Assembly (NCBI GenBank): GCA_964016885.1 | Contig: OZ024741.1 | Location: 68,200,001 to 68,264,000 of the forward strand | DNA length: 64,000 nt | Direction of reading: 5' to 3' | DNA from: Eledone cirrhosa | Lineage: Eukaryota | Part shown: positions 25,723 to 41,184 of the stretch, piece by piece | How positions within the stretch are numbered: the first letter of the stretch is position 1 | Layout of the letters: the number at the start of each line of letters is the position of its first letter | The notes under the pieces: model-generated | Database searches by the model: none | What the model was told of the DNA's origin: nothing | Seen by the model: the letters and a program-made list of their open reading frames with translations, nothing else | Made by a program: the position numbers and the translations under genes

Positions 25723-27759
25723 ACGGACGTCTTTGAGACGGGTGTTATGGAGTTCTCGGATGAAGGAAGAACCTCACAAAACGAGTAATTTAAGACGGTT
25801 TTGAAGGCCATATTTTCTTCAATAAACATCCAAAAATCTTTGCAAAAACAAAAATTCCACCTTCAATATTCTAACAAAACCTATCAAAAATGGATATACA
25901 TAAAAACAAAAAGGCAAACATCACTAAAGGTATAATAGAATGAGCTTATAGAGAATTGAGATCACAAACGAATGGTTGAGAGCCAGCAATAAAACTCTTC
26001 ACGTCAAAAGTTATATTTGTTGGTTTATTCGTCATATATGTGTGAGTAATTTGAATGTCTTTTGATTTGTTGACAGGATTAGACTTCCTGGTAGGGTAGT
26101 CGCCAAATCGGGTTATATTGAAATTAGGCTACAAATAATTTTAGTTCATTGTGGTATCTTTTATTTTATTAGTTTTGCTTCGTAGAATTTATATATAATT
26201 TCTTCTTATTTGCTTATTTTTTGCGATGGTTAGCAATGCTTAACAAAACTATGAGACAATTATTAACATCTTCCTTTTCTTTCTTTTTATGGTGGTCGTT
26301 AGTCACGGAAGACTTTTACATGACAAATCTTACCCAAACAATAAGCAAATCTCTCCGTCTCACTTTTTACGCGTTACTGCATCTTAATATTTTATGGTTT
26401 TATACAAAGACAATCCATTTTTTTTTTTATATATGCTAATATATACATACATTGTGACACGCGCACTTTGAGGTATGTCAAATTTTGATGAGGAAAATGG
26501 AATTTTATCATCACTAAGCTAAAGCTAGTGAACTTTTCGTTGGGATGTTTATAGACAGTAGGAGAAATAAAGATTATGGGGGTCTGCACATTTTCTACTG
26601 ACAAAGTAAGTGATGTTTCATATTATTAATTCTGCATTTTATGTTGTTATTCTGTTTACTCTATTTCTATTTGTTCCTACGGCTCATGTACGATATTTTC
26701 CTCACACTTTTCGACAAATGCTATAACGCAAACTATACATCTAAGAAAGCTACTGTGACAATATTCATTTATTTACACTCTATACAATGGATGAAATATG
26801 TTTTGTTTTGTTGTTTCTCAAGGAAATTGTGAATTTAGCTTCTATTAAACTTGGTGCCGAAGACAAGTTAGGTTGAAGTCACCATTAGATTATTTTTTTG
26901 TGCTTCGTTATCTTTTGTTTTACCTTCTTTGTCGTTTATGTCCGAGCCAATGGATTGAATGTTCGTATTTTAAGCGGCACAGTTTTACACCGTTACTAGA
27001 CATTTAGCACTTAACTGAAGTAGGTACCACAAGATGTGCGATTTCCCAGATTCAAATAACGGCAGCAATGTTAAACTGCAAAGTATCCATTAATGCACAT
27101 GGCTGGGATAAATTATTCATATGGCAAAAGTATGTACGAAATATTCGCATCCAGGACCGGCTGAAGATATCAGCTATTCGAGCAGCAACTCAAGATACAA
27201 GGAAATTGGATATTTGAAAATATATAAAATGTAATAAGAGCAAAATGTAAAAATTAAGTGGAGTCAGTTTAAAAAGCAATATTACGCAAAGAAATTGCAG
27301 GATGAAAGGAAATGGTGAATAGCGGGTGAATATTTAAAAATATCCTTAAATTTGTGTTATCAAAGGGTGTGGTCAAAGGAAATACTTCCTGGAGATGTAA
27401 AGCTTCTGGTAGGAGGAGGTCATTATTGCATCCAGTAATAACAATAAATTGAAAGATGTCATGATAAAACTATGAGTTGCGGTGATAATAATGCTTACGA
27501 TAGTTATAACAATGTTCACACAAGAAAACTGCTTTAACATAGTCCGATTTATAGTCAGATTAGATTATTTTAAAAATTCGTCAGTATAGAATAATTGTTA
27601 TCAATGTGGAAAGTGATATAAAAATATTCGCTGTCGACAATAAATGATTTAGTTATACGTATTGAAGCATTTTTTTTTTCTTATGCTTTAGTAATTAGGA
27701 GAAAAATTGTAACTAATCTGCACACTATATGGAATGAGATGTAAATATCTGTTTTGTGT

Positions 27760-28340
27760 GAAACTTGCTCAAGGAAGATGGAAACAGTGTAACTCAAAGA
27801 AAGGATTCAAGGATGCATTGAAGGAGAATTTGAAGAATGTAGGAATTGATTTAATAAAAACCTAGAAAGTATCGCAGGGGATCGCTCTACATGGCATTCA
27901 AAAGGATAGGATCGCAGAGAAAACTTCGAGCAAAACAGGCTAATATAAATAAATATTAAGATGAATATTAAAAAAACAGCCAGTAAGGAAATATGAATTC
28001 ATTGGAAATTTTTCTCCGTGTACAGTTTGTGGCAAAATCTGCCTGCCTGGGGCTGGAATTCAATCTCACATAAGAGTACATAATGGGGAAATTTCTGCTA
28101 CCTACAGAATATATCAACCAGTTTACTCTGATCACATATGCCACAAGATCAACAAATCTCAAGGAGGTTTAAAGAGACATGTCAAAGTTCATCAGGATCA
28201 GACAACACAGACAGTTCAAGCCACACCAAAGCAAATGTACAATTTATATGGATGGCTTTTTAAAAATATGTCTGGTCTAAAATTCTATATAACATCTCAT
28301 GTACACTGAGCAGGCCAAACTTTCTATTGAGAAGACAACC
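27760..28340 (+). mobile_element. 3' end of an RTE-like LINE with C2H2 zinc-finger remnants
   Basis: LAQGRWKQCNSKKGFKDALKENLKNVGID..LESIAGDRSTW, then CTVCGKICLPGAGIQSHIRVH, ICHKINKSQGGLKRHVKVH and a third decayed finger. Confidence 0.75.
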
Positions 28341-28789
28341 AGTATATATAGATATGTGTGTGTGTACATATATATATATATGTATGTATATGTGTGTGCG
28401 TGTTTGTGTGAGTGTCTACACATATAAGTATGTATTTATACAAATGTATATGTACGTATATATGTAACTTTGATTTGATAACTTTGATAGATTTCGGCCA
28501 GTATTAATCCATGTTATGTCTAACTTAATAACACCACCTAGCAAATTATGATTTGGACACCATGGTCCACTCAAGTGAGAGTTATTGTTTTCGGATACAT
28601 CTGGGTGTAAGAGGGTGATCCGGAATTTCTAAGAGGAGTTTGTCCACAGACGTTTTGAATTTTATGAGATGTATTTCTGTTTTTATGTGCTTTTGTGTAA
28701 TGTTGAAGAGATCGGGGTCAATTGATGTGAAATAATTGTGCCGCAATGTTGTTACGAGCCGCGAGTTTGTTTTTTGTTGTAGTCAAATA

Positions 28790-30375
28790 TTATATGCATA
28801 TTCCATCAGCATTACCCAAATGATACCAACATCATTTGGGTAATGCTGATGGAATAGTTTCCAAGCAGCCTGTTCTAAGGACAACACTGCTTGCTCCACA
28901 TGAAGAGGGCTCTAGAAAAGATGGCCTAAACAACGCTCGTTGGCAAATCACAGTCAACGGGCATCCTCTCATGTGGTCGAAAAACATCAAGGAAGACAAG
29001 GTACACTCCCACCAGCAAGGGTATGAATGAACTGAAAATCGCATGGTTGAATATCAGAACCATGCTAGTCACAGTCGACAGTAGCCATCCAGTATATGGA
29101 ACTGCTGTAATTTCATAGGAGCTGTCTAGACTGAATGTTGACATCGCCGCTCTCAGTGAAGTCCGCTTTCCAGAGGAAGGCAGCCTACAAGAGCATGGCG
29201 CTGGTCAGACAAACCAGCAGTAGAGAGATGGCTTTCAGGAGTGGGCTTCATGGTCAGGAGCTCTATCGATTCCAAGCTTGAAAACCTGCCAACAGGTCAT
29301 TCTGACTACATCATCTCTATGTGCCGCCCACTAAGTAACCAACAATATGCCACACTCTTCAGTTTCTACTCCCCTTACTCTTCAAGCAGATCTGTGGAAA
29401 AGAACAAGTTTTACTCTGATCTGCACAGTCTATTACAGGGCATCCCTGTGGACGACAATGTCATAATCCTTAGGGATTCTAACGCCAGAGTGAACCGAAA
29501 CTCTGTATCTTGTGAGGGAGTGCTTGGGAAACATGGCGTTGGTAACTACAAAGAGAATAGATGCTTGCTGTTGGAGTTTTGCGCAGAACATCGACCCGTT
29601 AGCACGAACAACATATTCTAGCAGAAAGACAGTTTGAAAACAACCTGGATGCATCCTCGTTCCAAACACTGGCACCTCATTATTTATCTCCTGGAGCGAC
29701 CTGAAAGATGTCATCATACTAGAGTGATACCTAGTGCGGTATATCACAACGACCATCGTCTCGTACGCTGCAAACGCAATCTCCACTTACTGAGGGATTA
29801 CTCTGCTTACTGTCACAGGAAGAATCCTCGCAAAACAGGTATCTGCCATCGCAGAAGAACACCTCCCAGAGAGTCAGTGTGGCTTCATAGAAAACATGAG
29901 CACCACAGACATGGAGTTTGTTCTTAGGCCGTTCTAAGAGAAGTACCGAGAGCAAAATAAAGGGCTGTAGATGGCATTCGTTGACTAGCCTAAACCATTC
30001 GATACAGTGAGAAGAATTGTGGAATGAAATGACTCCGTGTTCCCCAAAGTTCGTGAACATGGTCATCCAGCTACGCGAAGACCAGCGTAGCAAAGTCAAA
30101 TTCAGCAGGGACCTCTCAGTGCCCTTTCAACTCATCAACAGAGTGAAGCAGGGTTGCTCCTTGCACCGACTCTCTTCACCATATCCTTCAGCAGGATGCT
30201 AAAGCAATCCACAGAAGATCGTGACGACGATGATGGAATCTACATCAGATACCATCTTGATGGCACGTCTCTAGGATGATGGGTCATCGCCTGCCCCGGA
30301 TCACGCTGTACGGCAAACTTCCACTGGCTATCGTGACAAGGGGGCCACCAAAGAAATGATACAAGGACTGTTTGT
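28790..30375 (+). mobile_element. Decayed, internally deleted RTE-clade LINE (APE plus RT fragments)
   Basis: LSRLNVDIAALSEVRFPEEGSL, GVGFMVRSSI, GVLGKHGVGN..ENRCLLLEFCAEH and KTTWMHPRSKHWHLI (APE); PESQCGF, AFVD and VKQGC (RT); [17 protein letters not shown] (C-terminal). Confidence 0.9.
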
Positions 30376-30393
30376 AAAAATCCTGTGTGTGTA

Positions 30394-30442
<49 letters not shown>

Positions 30443-30562
30443 GTGCGTGTGTATATTTATATATATATATATATATATTTATATGTGCGTATGTATATAT
30501 ATGAATATATATATATGTATGTATATAGATGTATATATATATATGTGTGTATATAGATTATA

Positions 30563-30611
<49 letters not shown>

Positions 30612-30949
30612 AAATATGTCTATATGTGTGTAAATATGTGTCTATATATGTGTGTAAATATGTCTATATATGTGTGTACGTATATATTTCTGTGTCTGTG
30701 TACGTATATATACATTTTACTCTCATTTTAAAGGAATAGTACATAAACCCCTCCCATGTAAAATCTCCGTGATTTATAGTATCGGTTGAATAAGGCTTTA
30801 TCTGTCATTTCTTACCTAGATTATATTCTGACTTTAGAAAAGATACTGCTTTTCTAGGGCATTTTTAAATGGCCAATACTCTACAGGTCTGATTACAGCA
30901 GATTTCTTCCAGAAATGGATGGAGATAGTGAGAGAATTGAAGTAAGAAA

Positions 30950-31122
30950 AAGATATAGAGGAAGAATCGACCCAATTTTTGACTGGTACTTTTTTTATTT
31001 ACCTTGAATGGAGGAAAGGCAAATTTGACCTCGGTGGGATTTGAACTAAGAGAGCAGAGAACCGAAATGACTACTAGAAAACATTCTATCTGACGTTCTA
31101 ACGACTCTGCCGATTCGCCGCC
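30950..31122 (-). mobile_element. Diverged SINE (dominant family)
   Basis: gactggtacttt...gaaaggcaaatttgacctcggtgggatttgaact...ctctgccgattcgccgcc. Confidence 0.8.
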
Positions 31123-32104
31123 TACAAATCGATACTCAATTTCGTTCCCCTCTATCTGCGCTATATAGATTCATTTTTCTAAAATGATCAACACCACAAT
31201 GTAAATTCAATCAAAATATGTACAACTTTTTAAAAAGAATCTTATTACTCCAGCTATGTGCAACTAACCTGTGTCGGCTTAAAGTTTACTTTCCCCCTCT
31301 TCCTAAAGAGTCATAGAAGCGCTGTTTATACTGCGTATCTTGGGCAAATACAGCCCGCAGAACTCATACCTCTCCGGGTTTTAGATTTAGATAGATATCG
31401 TATTTAAAAGAGAGAATGGAACGTTTTAACTGAACTATTTCTTTATGAACCTAACTTGCCCGCACAAAGGTTTCTACAGCGCGAGCATGTTTTATCTTCG
31501 TAATATATAATATCTTCGTAATATAAAATATATAAAAAAACAGTTGTAATGTGCGCAATTAGTTGCCGTGTGTGACTCTCAGACAACACATATGTGACCC
31601 ATGTGGACTTCGAGGGGCCCTCAGTTTGACATGCCTGCTCTATAAGGTGTGATTAAAACTCATTACGAATCCAAGAATCGTAATTATTTTGGTGGACGTT
31701 TGAAAATACTCTTCAATAAGCGTTTACATGGCTCTGGTTATAACAGCTAACATCCATCTCATCAGCAATGAGAAGCGCCGGTATAAAATCTGGCGAGCTT
31801 TTTTCTCCTATTTTAACACTAGAACAAAATCTTTTGTTGGTGATACTTAATTAAAGAGGAGTTCTAATTGAGTATAAACAGCAGGAATGAGATATAGTAG
31901 ATTTTGAAATGCAGATGCAGTTAGGCTTTGTTCCGTAGTCCATAGAGGCCGGCATGAATAATAGAGTTAATTATAATTTTTAGTGGTGTTGTGCACGCAT
32001 GCTTGGAAATTATCTCTACAACCATAACTAATTTTAAAACAAGAGTTTAAATAATTTATTTATAATAATTACTATTTCTGCCAAGCTCTCACTCGACCAG
32101 TGTA

Positions 32105-32168
<64 letters not shown>

Positions 32169-32454
32169 TGCGTATGCGTGTGTGTGTGTAAATATAGTAA
32201 TTACATGTCTTAAATATTTTTTCTATGAGTCTAAAAATATTTCTTTTCAAAATAACTGCGATGAGTTACTGAAATAGCGTAACCATATTTTGAAATATCA
32301 CAATTTAAATCTATTATTAGATTATTATTTTAATAATATAACATTTTTTAACCCACTAACAAAATACATATATATATATATATATATATTCCGCTCTACG
32401 CACGACGATGTTTCGGGATCGCTGGCTTAGGATGACCCCGGCCTCGTTGAGCAA

Positions 32455-32502
<48 letters not shown>

Positions 32503-32505
<3 letters not shown>

Positions 32506-32930
32506 TGCTCCGATATACCGATATAAATATAAATGTACGTATTGTATACTGAATAATATACGGGATGTTTATGAAAAACATTTGAAGGCCTTTCGCAATG
32601 GATTTTTAAGGTTGTGACCATCATCACTCACCTAGCCTCAGCAAAAGCAGGAGGAAGTAAATGACGATGCAATCGTTTATCGCTTATTAACGTTTATCGA
32701 GACTACATATCTCCCCGGCTTTGTTGAGGCTATTGTAAGCTAGAATCTTATAGCTTTCAGATTATGTTTATGAGCTGATGAAACTCATTTGCATACAGAG
32801 CGATAGCCGGCTAGATTTACATTTTAAAAGTTGTATTGGTGCTCCAACATAGCAATATACATATAAATGTAAGTATTATATATTGAATAATATATAGGGG
32901 ATGTTTACGAAAACATCTGAAGGCTTTTCG
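32503..32930 (+). mobile_element. Partial tandem repeat (~335-bp unit) with a degenerate hammerhead, Penelope pLTR-like
   Basis: 32503-32596 repeated at 32838-32930; CTGATGA-aa-ctc..gag-c-GATA-gccggc-TA at 32775-32813. Confidence 0.45.
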
Positions 32931-32956
32931 ATATAAATATATATATATATTATTAT

Positions 32957-32998
<42 letters not shown>

Positions 32999-33154
32999 AT
33001 ATATTATATATATATATATATTATATATATATATATTATATATATATATATATTATATATATATATTATATATATATTATATATATATATTATATATATA
33101 TTATATATATATATTATATATATTATATATAATATATATATATATATATTATAT

Positions 33155-33186
<32 letters not shown>

Positions 33187-33405
33187 ATATATATATAATA
33201 TATATATAATATATATATATAGTATATATATATATAATATATATATAATATATATATAATATATATATATGTATATATATATAATATATATATATAATAT
33301 ATATATAATATATATATATAATATATATATATAATATATATATAATATATATATATAATATATATATAATATATATATAATATAATATAATATATATATA
33401 ATATA

Positions 33406-33436
<31 letters not shown>

Positions 33437-33650
33437 TATATATACATTATATATATATATTATATATATATTATATATATATTATATATATATTATATAT
33501 ATATATTATATATATATTTTATATATATATATTATATATATATTATATATATAATATATATATATACATATATATATATATATTATATATATATTATATA
33601 TATATATTATATATATATTATATATATATATACTATATATATATATTATA

Positions 33651-33688
<38 letters not shown>

Positions 33689-33829
33689 ATATATAATATA
33701 TATATAATATATATATATAATATATATATAATATATATATATAATATATATATAATATATATATATAATATATATATATATATAATATATATATATATAA
33801 TATATATATATATATAATATATATATATA

Positions 33830-33876
<47 letters not shown>

Positions 33877-34236
33877 TATATATAATATATATATAATAAT
33901 ATATATATAATATATATATATAATATATATATGATATATATATAATATATATATAATATATATATATAATATATATAATATATATATAATAATATATATA
34001 TATAATATATATATAATATATATATAATATATATATATAATATATATATATATAATATATATATAATATATATATAATATATATATATAATATATATATA
34101 ATATATATATAATATATATATATAATATATATATAATATATATATAATATATATATAATATATATATATAATTATATATAATATATATATAATATATATA
34201 TAATATATATATATAATATATATATAATATATATAT

Positions 34237-34267
<31 letters not shown>

Positions 34268-34486
34268 ATATATATATATATATAATATATATATAATATA
34301 TATATATATTATAATATATATATGATATATAATATATATATAATATATATATATAATATATATATATATATATAATATATATATAATATATATATATATA
34401 ATATATATATATATAATATATATATCTATAATATAATATAAATATATATAATATATATATCTATAATATAAATATATATAATATAA

Positions 34487-34558
<72 letters not shown>

Positions 34559-34595
34559 TATAATATATTATATATATATATTATATATATATTAT

Positions 34596-34626
<31 letters not shown>

Positions 34627-34655
34627 ATATATATATAATATATATAAATATATAT

Positions 34656-34747
<92 letters not shown>

Positions 34748-34923
34748 AAATTCCGAAACGAAATATAATATATATATATATATATGATATAAATATATAT
34801 AATATATATATATATATATTATATAAATATATATAATATATATATATAATATAAATATATATATAATATATATATATAATATATGATATATATAATATAT
34901 ATATATTATATAAATAATATAAT

Positions 34924-35005
<82 letters not shown>

Positions 35006-35008
35006 TAT

Positions 35009-35047
<39 letters not shown>

Positions 35048-35136
35048 TATATATATAATATATATAATATAAATATATATAATATATATATATATAATTA
35101 TATATATATATATAATATATATATAATATATATATA

Positions 35137-35193
<57 letters not shown>

Positions 35194-35239
35194 AATATAT
35201 ATAATATATATATATATAATATAAATATATATAATATAT

Positions 35240-35281
<42 letters not shown>

Positions 35282-35324
35282 AATATATATAATATATATA
35301 TATTAATATAAATATATATAATAT

Positions 35325-35379
<55 letters not shown>

Positions 35380-35390
35380 ATATATATAAT

Positions 35391-35422
<32 letters not shown>

Positions 35423-35439
35423 ATATATATATATATAAT

Positions 35440-35470
<31 letters not shown>

Positions 35471-35486
35471 TATATATATATATAAT

Positions 35487-35519
<33 letters not shown>

Positions 35520-36593
35520 TATATAAATATATATAATATATATATAATATATATATATATATTATATAAATATATATAATATATATATAATATATATATA
35601 TATAATATATATATATAAATATATATAATATATATATATAATATATATATATATAATATATATATATAATATATATATATATATAATATATATATATAAT
35701 ATATATATATAATAATATATAATATAATATAATATATTATATATATAATATATATATATATAATATATATATATATATAATATATAAATATATAATATAT
35801 ATATATATAATATATATATATATAATATATATATATAATATATATATATATAATATATATATATAATATATATATATTATATATAATATATATATAATAT
35901 ATATATATATAAATATATATATAATATATATATATTTATAATATATATATATATAATATATATATATAATATATATATATATATAATATATATATATAAT
36001 ATATATATATAATATATATATATAATATTTATACATATAATATATACATATATTATATATATATAGTATATATATATAGATATATATATATAATATATAT
36101 ATAAATAATATATATATAATATAATATATATATATATAATTTATATATATATATAATTTATATATATAATTTATATATATATAATATATATATATATAAT
36201 TTATATATATATAATTAAAATATATATAATTGATATATATATATAATTTTATATATATATATAATTTATATATATATATAATTTATATATATATATATAA
36301 TTTATTATATATAATTTATATATATATATATAATTTATATATTATATAATATATATAATATATATATATATATTATATATATATAATATATATATATAAT
36401 ATATATATAATATATATATTATATATAATATATATATATATAATATATATATATAATATATATATTATATATAATATATATATATATATATAATATATAT
36501 ATAATATATATATTATAATATATATATATAATATATATATAATATCATATATATAATATATATATAATATATATATATATATAATATATATAT

Positions 36594-36645
<52 letters not shown>

Positions 36646-36678
36646 TTATATATTATAATATATATATATATATATATA
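32931..36678. repeat. Very long (TA)n/(TATAA) low-complexity tract
   Basis: About 3.7 kb, almost entirely A/T. Confidence 0.95.
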
Positions 36679-37089
36679 TTTCGTTCTCAATTTGTTTAGC
36701 AAGATTCTTTATCTGAAAACGTGGGTTGAAACCGATATTGTTATACTTTGGGAGGTCCATGTTGCCAATAAGAAACACACGCACCAGTTGTTTTCACTTC
36801 AATTTATTATAATAAATTCATAAATTTAGGAATTTATAAATTTCGGTTGGTTGGTTCAACAACCAGATGATTGTTTATATATTGTCAAAGGTTTTTCCTC
36901 AGACATTCTGTGACCTTTTCAGTGACTGAGGATTCTTTTCTTTGTTTTTTGTGTGTTTGTTGTGTGCTTAGTTTGCGCATGTGTTACATCCGGGTGTCTG
37001 TGTGTGTTTATATTCGTTTATTTATTTGTTTATTTAAATGTTACTGGTTGGTTGTTTGTTCTATGTGCGTGTGTGGTTTTCAATGATAC

Positions 37090-37168
<79 letters not shown>

Positions 37169-37292
37169 ATTATATATATATATATTATATATATATATAT
37201 ATTATATATATATATATTATATATATATATATATTATATATATATATTATATATATATATATTATATATATATATCTATATTATATATATAT

Positions 37293-37324
<32 letters not shown>

Positions 37325-37726
37325 ATATATTATATATATATATATATATATTATATATATTATATATATATATTATATATATATATTATATATATATTAT
37401 ATATATTATATATATATATTATATATATATATATTATATATATATTATATATATATATATTATATATATAATTATATATATATATATTATATATATATTA
37501 TATATAATATATATATATATTATATATAATATATATATATATATTATATATATATATATATTATATATATATATATTATATATATATATATTATATATAT
37601 ATATATTATATATATATTATATATATATTATAAATATATATATATATATATTATATATATATATTATATATATATTATATATTATATATATATATTAATA
37701 TATATATATATATTATATATATATAT

Positions 37727-37758
<32 letters not shown>

Positions 37759-37766
37759 ATTATATA

Positions 37767-37842
<76 letters not shown>

Positions 37843-37922
37843 ATATATATAATATATATATATATTATATATATATATATTATATATATATTATATATAT
37901 ATATTATATATATATATATTAT

Positions 37923-37959
<37 letters not shown>

Positions 37960-38314
37960 TTATATATATTATATATATATATATATATTATATATGTAGT
38001 TATATATATATATTATATATATTTATATATATTTATAAGGGCGGTGGATTGGCAGTATCGGTAGAGTGTCGGAGGCCATGCTTTGACGCATAGAGTTACG
38101 GGCCCCTTGCCATTCTGAGTTCAAATCCCGCCGAGGTTGACTTTGCCTTTCATCCTTACGGGGTCGATAAAATAAAGTACCAGTAATACACTGGGTAATT
38201 GCTGGCCTTGTGCCAAAAAGTAGAAACAATTATATATATTATATATATATTTATATATATCTATATATATATTGTATATATATATTATATATATATATAT
38301 ATTATATATATATT

Positions 38315-38345
<31 letters not shown>

Positions 38346-38455
38346 ATATATATATAATATATATATATATATAATATATATATACAATATATATATATTA
38401 TATATATATATATATTATATATATATATATAATAAATAAATAATATATATATATA

Positions 38456-38508
<53 letters not shown>

Positions 38509-38546
38509 ATATATATATAATATATATATATATATAATATATATAT

Positions 38547-38641
<95 letters not shown>

Positions 38642-38885
38642 ATATATATATAAATATATATATATATAATATATATATAAATATATATATATATAATATA
38701 TATATAAATATATATATATATAATATATATATAAATATATATATATATAATATATATATAAATATATATATATATAATATATATATATAATATATATATA
38801 TAATATATATATAATATTATATATAATATATATATAATATATATATATAATATATATATAATATATATATAATATATTATATAAT

Positions 38886-38928
<43 letters not shown>

Positions 38929-39148
38929 ATATATATATATTATATATATATTATATATATATATATAATATATTATATATATAATATATATATATTATAT
39001 ATATATATATATATAATATATTATATATATATATATAAATATATATAATATATATATATATAATAATATCTATTAAATATATATATAATATAATATATAT
39101 ATATATAATATATATATATATAATATATATATATAATATATATAATAT

Positions 39149-39201
<53 letters not shown>

Positions 39202-39292
39202 ATATATAATATATATAAATATATATATATATATATAATATATATATATAATATATATAATATATATATAATATTATATATATATATATATA

Positions 39293-39335
<43 letters not shown>

Positions 39336-39465
39336 TAATATATATATATATAATATATATATATAATGTATATAAATATATATATAATATATATATATAA
39401 TGTATATAATATATATATATAATATATAATATATAATATATATAATATATATATATAATATATAT

Positions 39466-39498
<33 letters not shown>

Positions 39499-40986
39499 AT
39501 AATATATATAATATATATATATAATATATATAATATATATATATAATATATATAATATATATATATAATATATATAATATATATATATAATATATATATA
39601 TAATATATATAATATATATATAATATATATAATAATATATATATATAATATATATAATATATATATAATATATATATATAATATATATAATATATATATA
39701 TAATATATATATATAATATATATAATATATATATAATATATATATATAATATATATAATATATATATAATATATATATATAATATATATAATATATATAT
39801 ATAATATATATATATAATATATATAATATATATATAATATATATATATAATATATATAATATATATATAATATATATATATAATATATATATATAATATA
39901 TATAATATATATATATAATATATATAATATATATATATATAATATATATATATATATAATATATATATTATATATATATATATAATATATAACATATATA
40001 TATAATATATATATATAATATATATATAATATATATATAATATATAATATATATATATAATATATATATATAATATATATATAATATATAATATATATAT
40101 ATAATATATATATAATATATATATATAATATATATATAATATATAATATATATAATATATATATAATATATATATATAATATATATATAATATATATATA
40201 TAATATATATATAATATATAATATATATAATATATATATAATATATATATATAATATATATATATAATATATATATAATATATATATATATAATATATAT
40301 AATATATATATATAATATATATATAATATATATATATAATATATATATAATATATATATATAATATATATATAATATATATATATAATATATATATATAT
40401 AATATATATATAATATATATATATAATATATATATATAATATATATATATAATATATATATATAATATATATATAATATATATATATAATATATATATAT
40501 AATATATATATAATATATGTATAATATATATATAATATATATATATAATATATGTATAATATATATATAATATATATATATAATATATATATAATATATA
40601 TATATAATATATATATATAATATATGTATAATATATATATAATATATATATATAATATATATATAATATATGTATAATATATATATAAAATATATATATA
40701 TAATATATATATATATAATATATGTATATTATATATATAATATATATAGATATAATATATAATATATATAATATATATATATATATAATATATATAATAT
40801 ATATAGATATAATATATAATATATATAATATATATATATATATATAATATATATAGATATAATATATAATATATATAATATATATATATATATAATATAT
40901 ATATATAATATATATATATATAATATATATATATATAACATATATATAATATATATATAATATATATATATAATATATATATGTAT

Positions 40987-41017
<31 letters not shown>

Positions 41018-41052
41018 ATATATGTATAATATATATATAATATATATATATA

Positions 41053-41111
<59 letters not shown>

Positions 41112-41180
41112 TATATAATATATATAATATATAATATATATATATATAATATATATATATAATATATATATATAAATAAA
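37090..41180. repeat. Very long (TA)n low-complexity tract interrupted by one SINE
   Basis: About 4 kb, almost entirely A/T. Confidence 0.95.
38039..38232 (+). mobile_element. Full-length young SINE inserted in the TA tract
   Basis: ggcggtggattggcagtatcggtagag...gtgccaaaaagtagaaacaat. Confidence 0.93.
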
Positions 41181-41184
41181 ATAA

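Noticed and set aside
25724-25880. Possible minus-strand terminal exon
   Set aside because: No recognisable protein; the listed ORF runs into a SINE
26570-26610. Possible micro-exon ending in gtaagt
   Set aside because: Weak acceptor, unrecognised peptide and no neighbouring exons
27150-27550. Possible hAT transposase N-terminal remnant
   Set aside because: Only a vague resemblance (KLSG.QFKK) with many stops; not supportable
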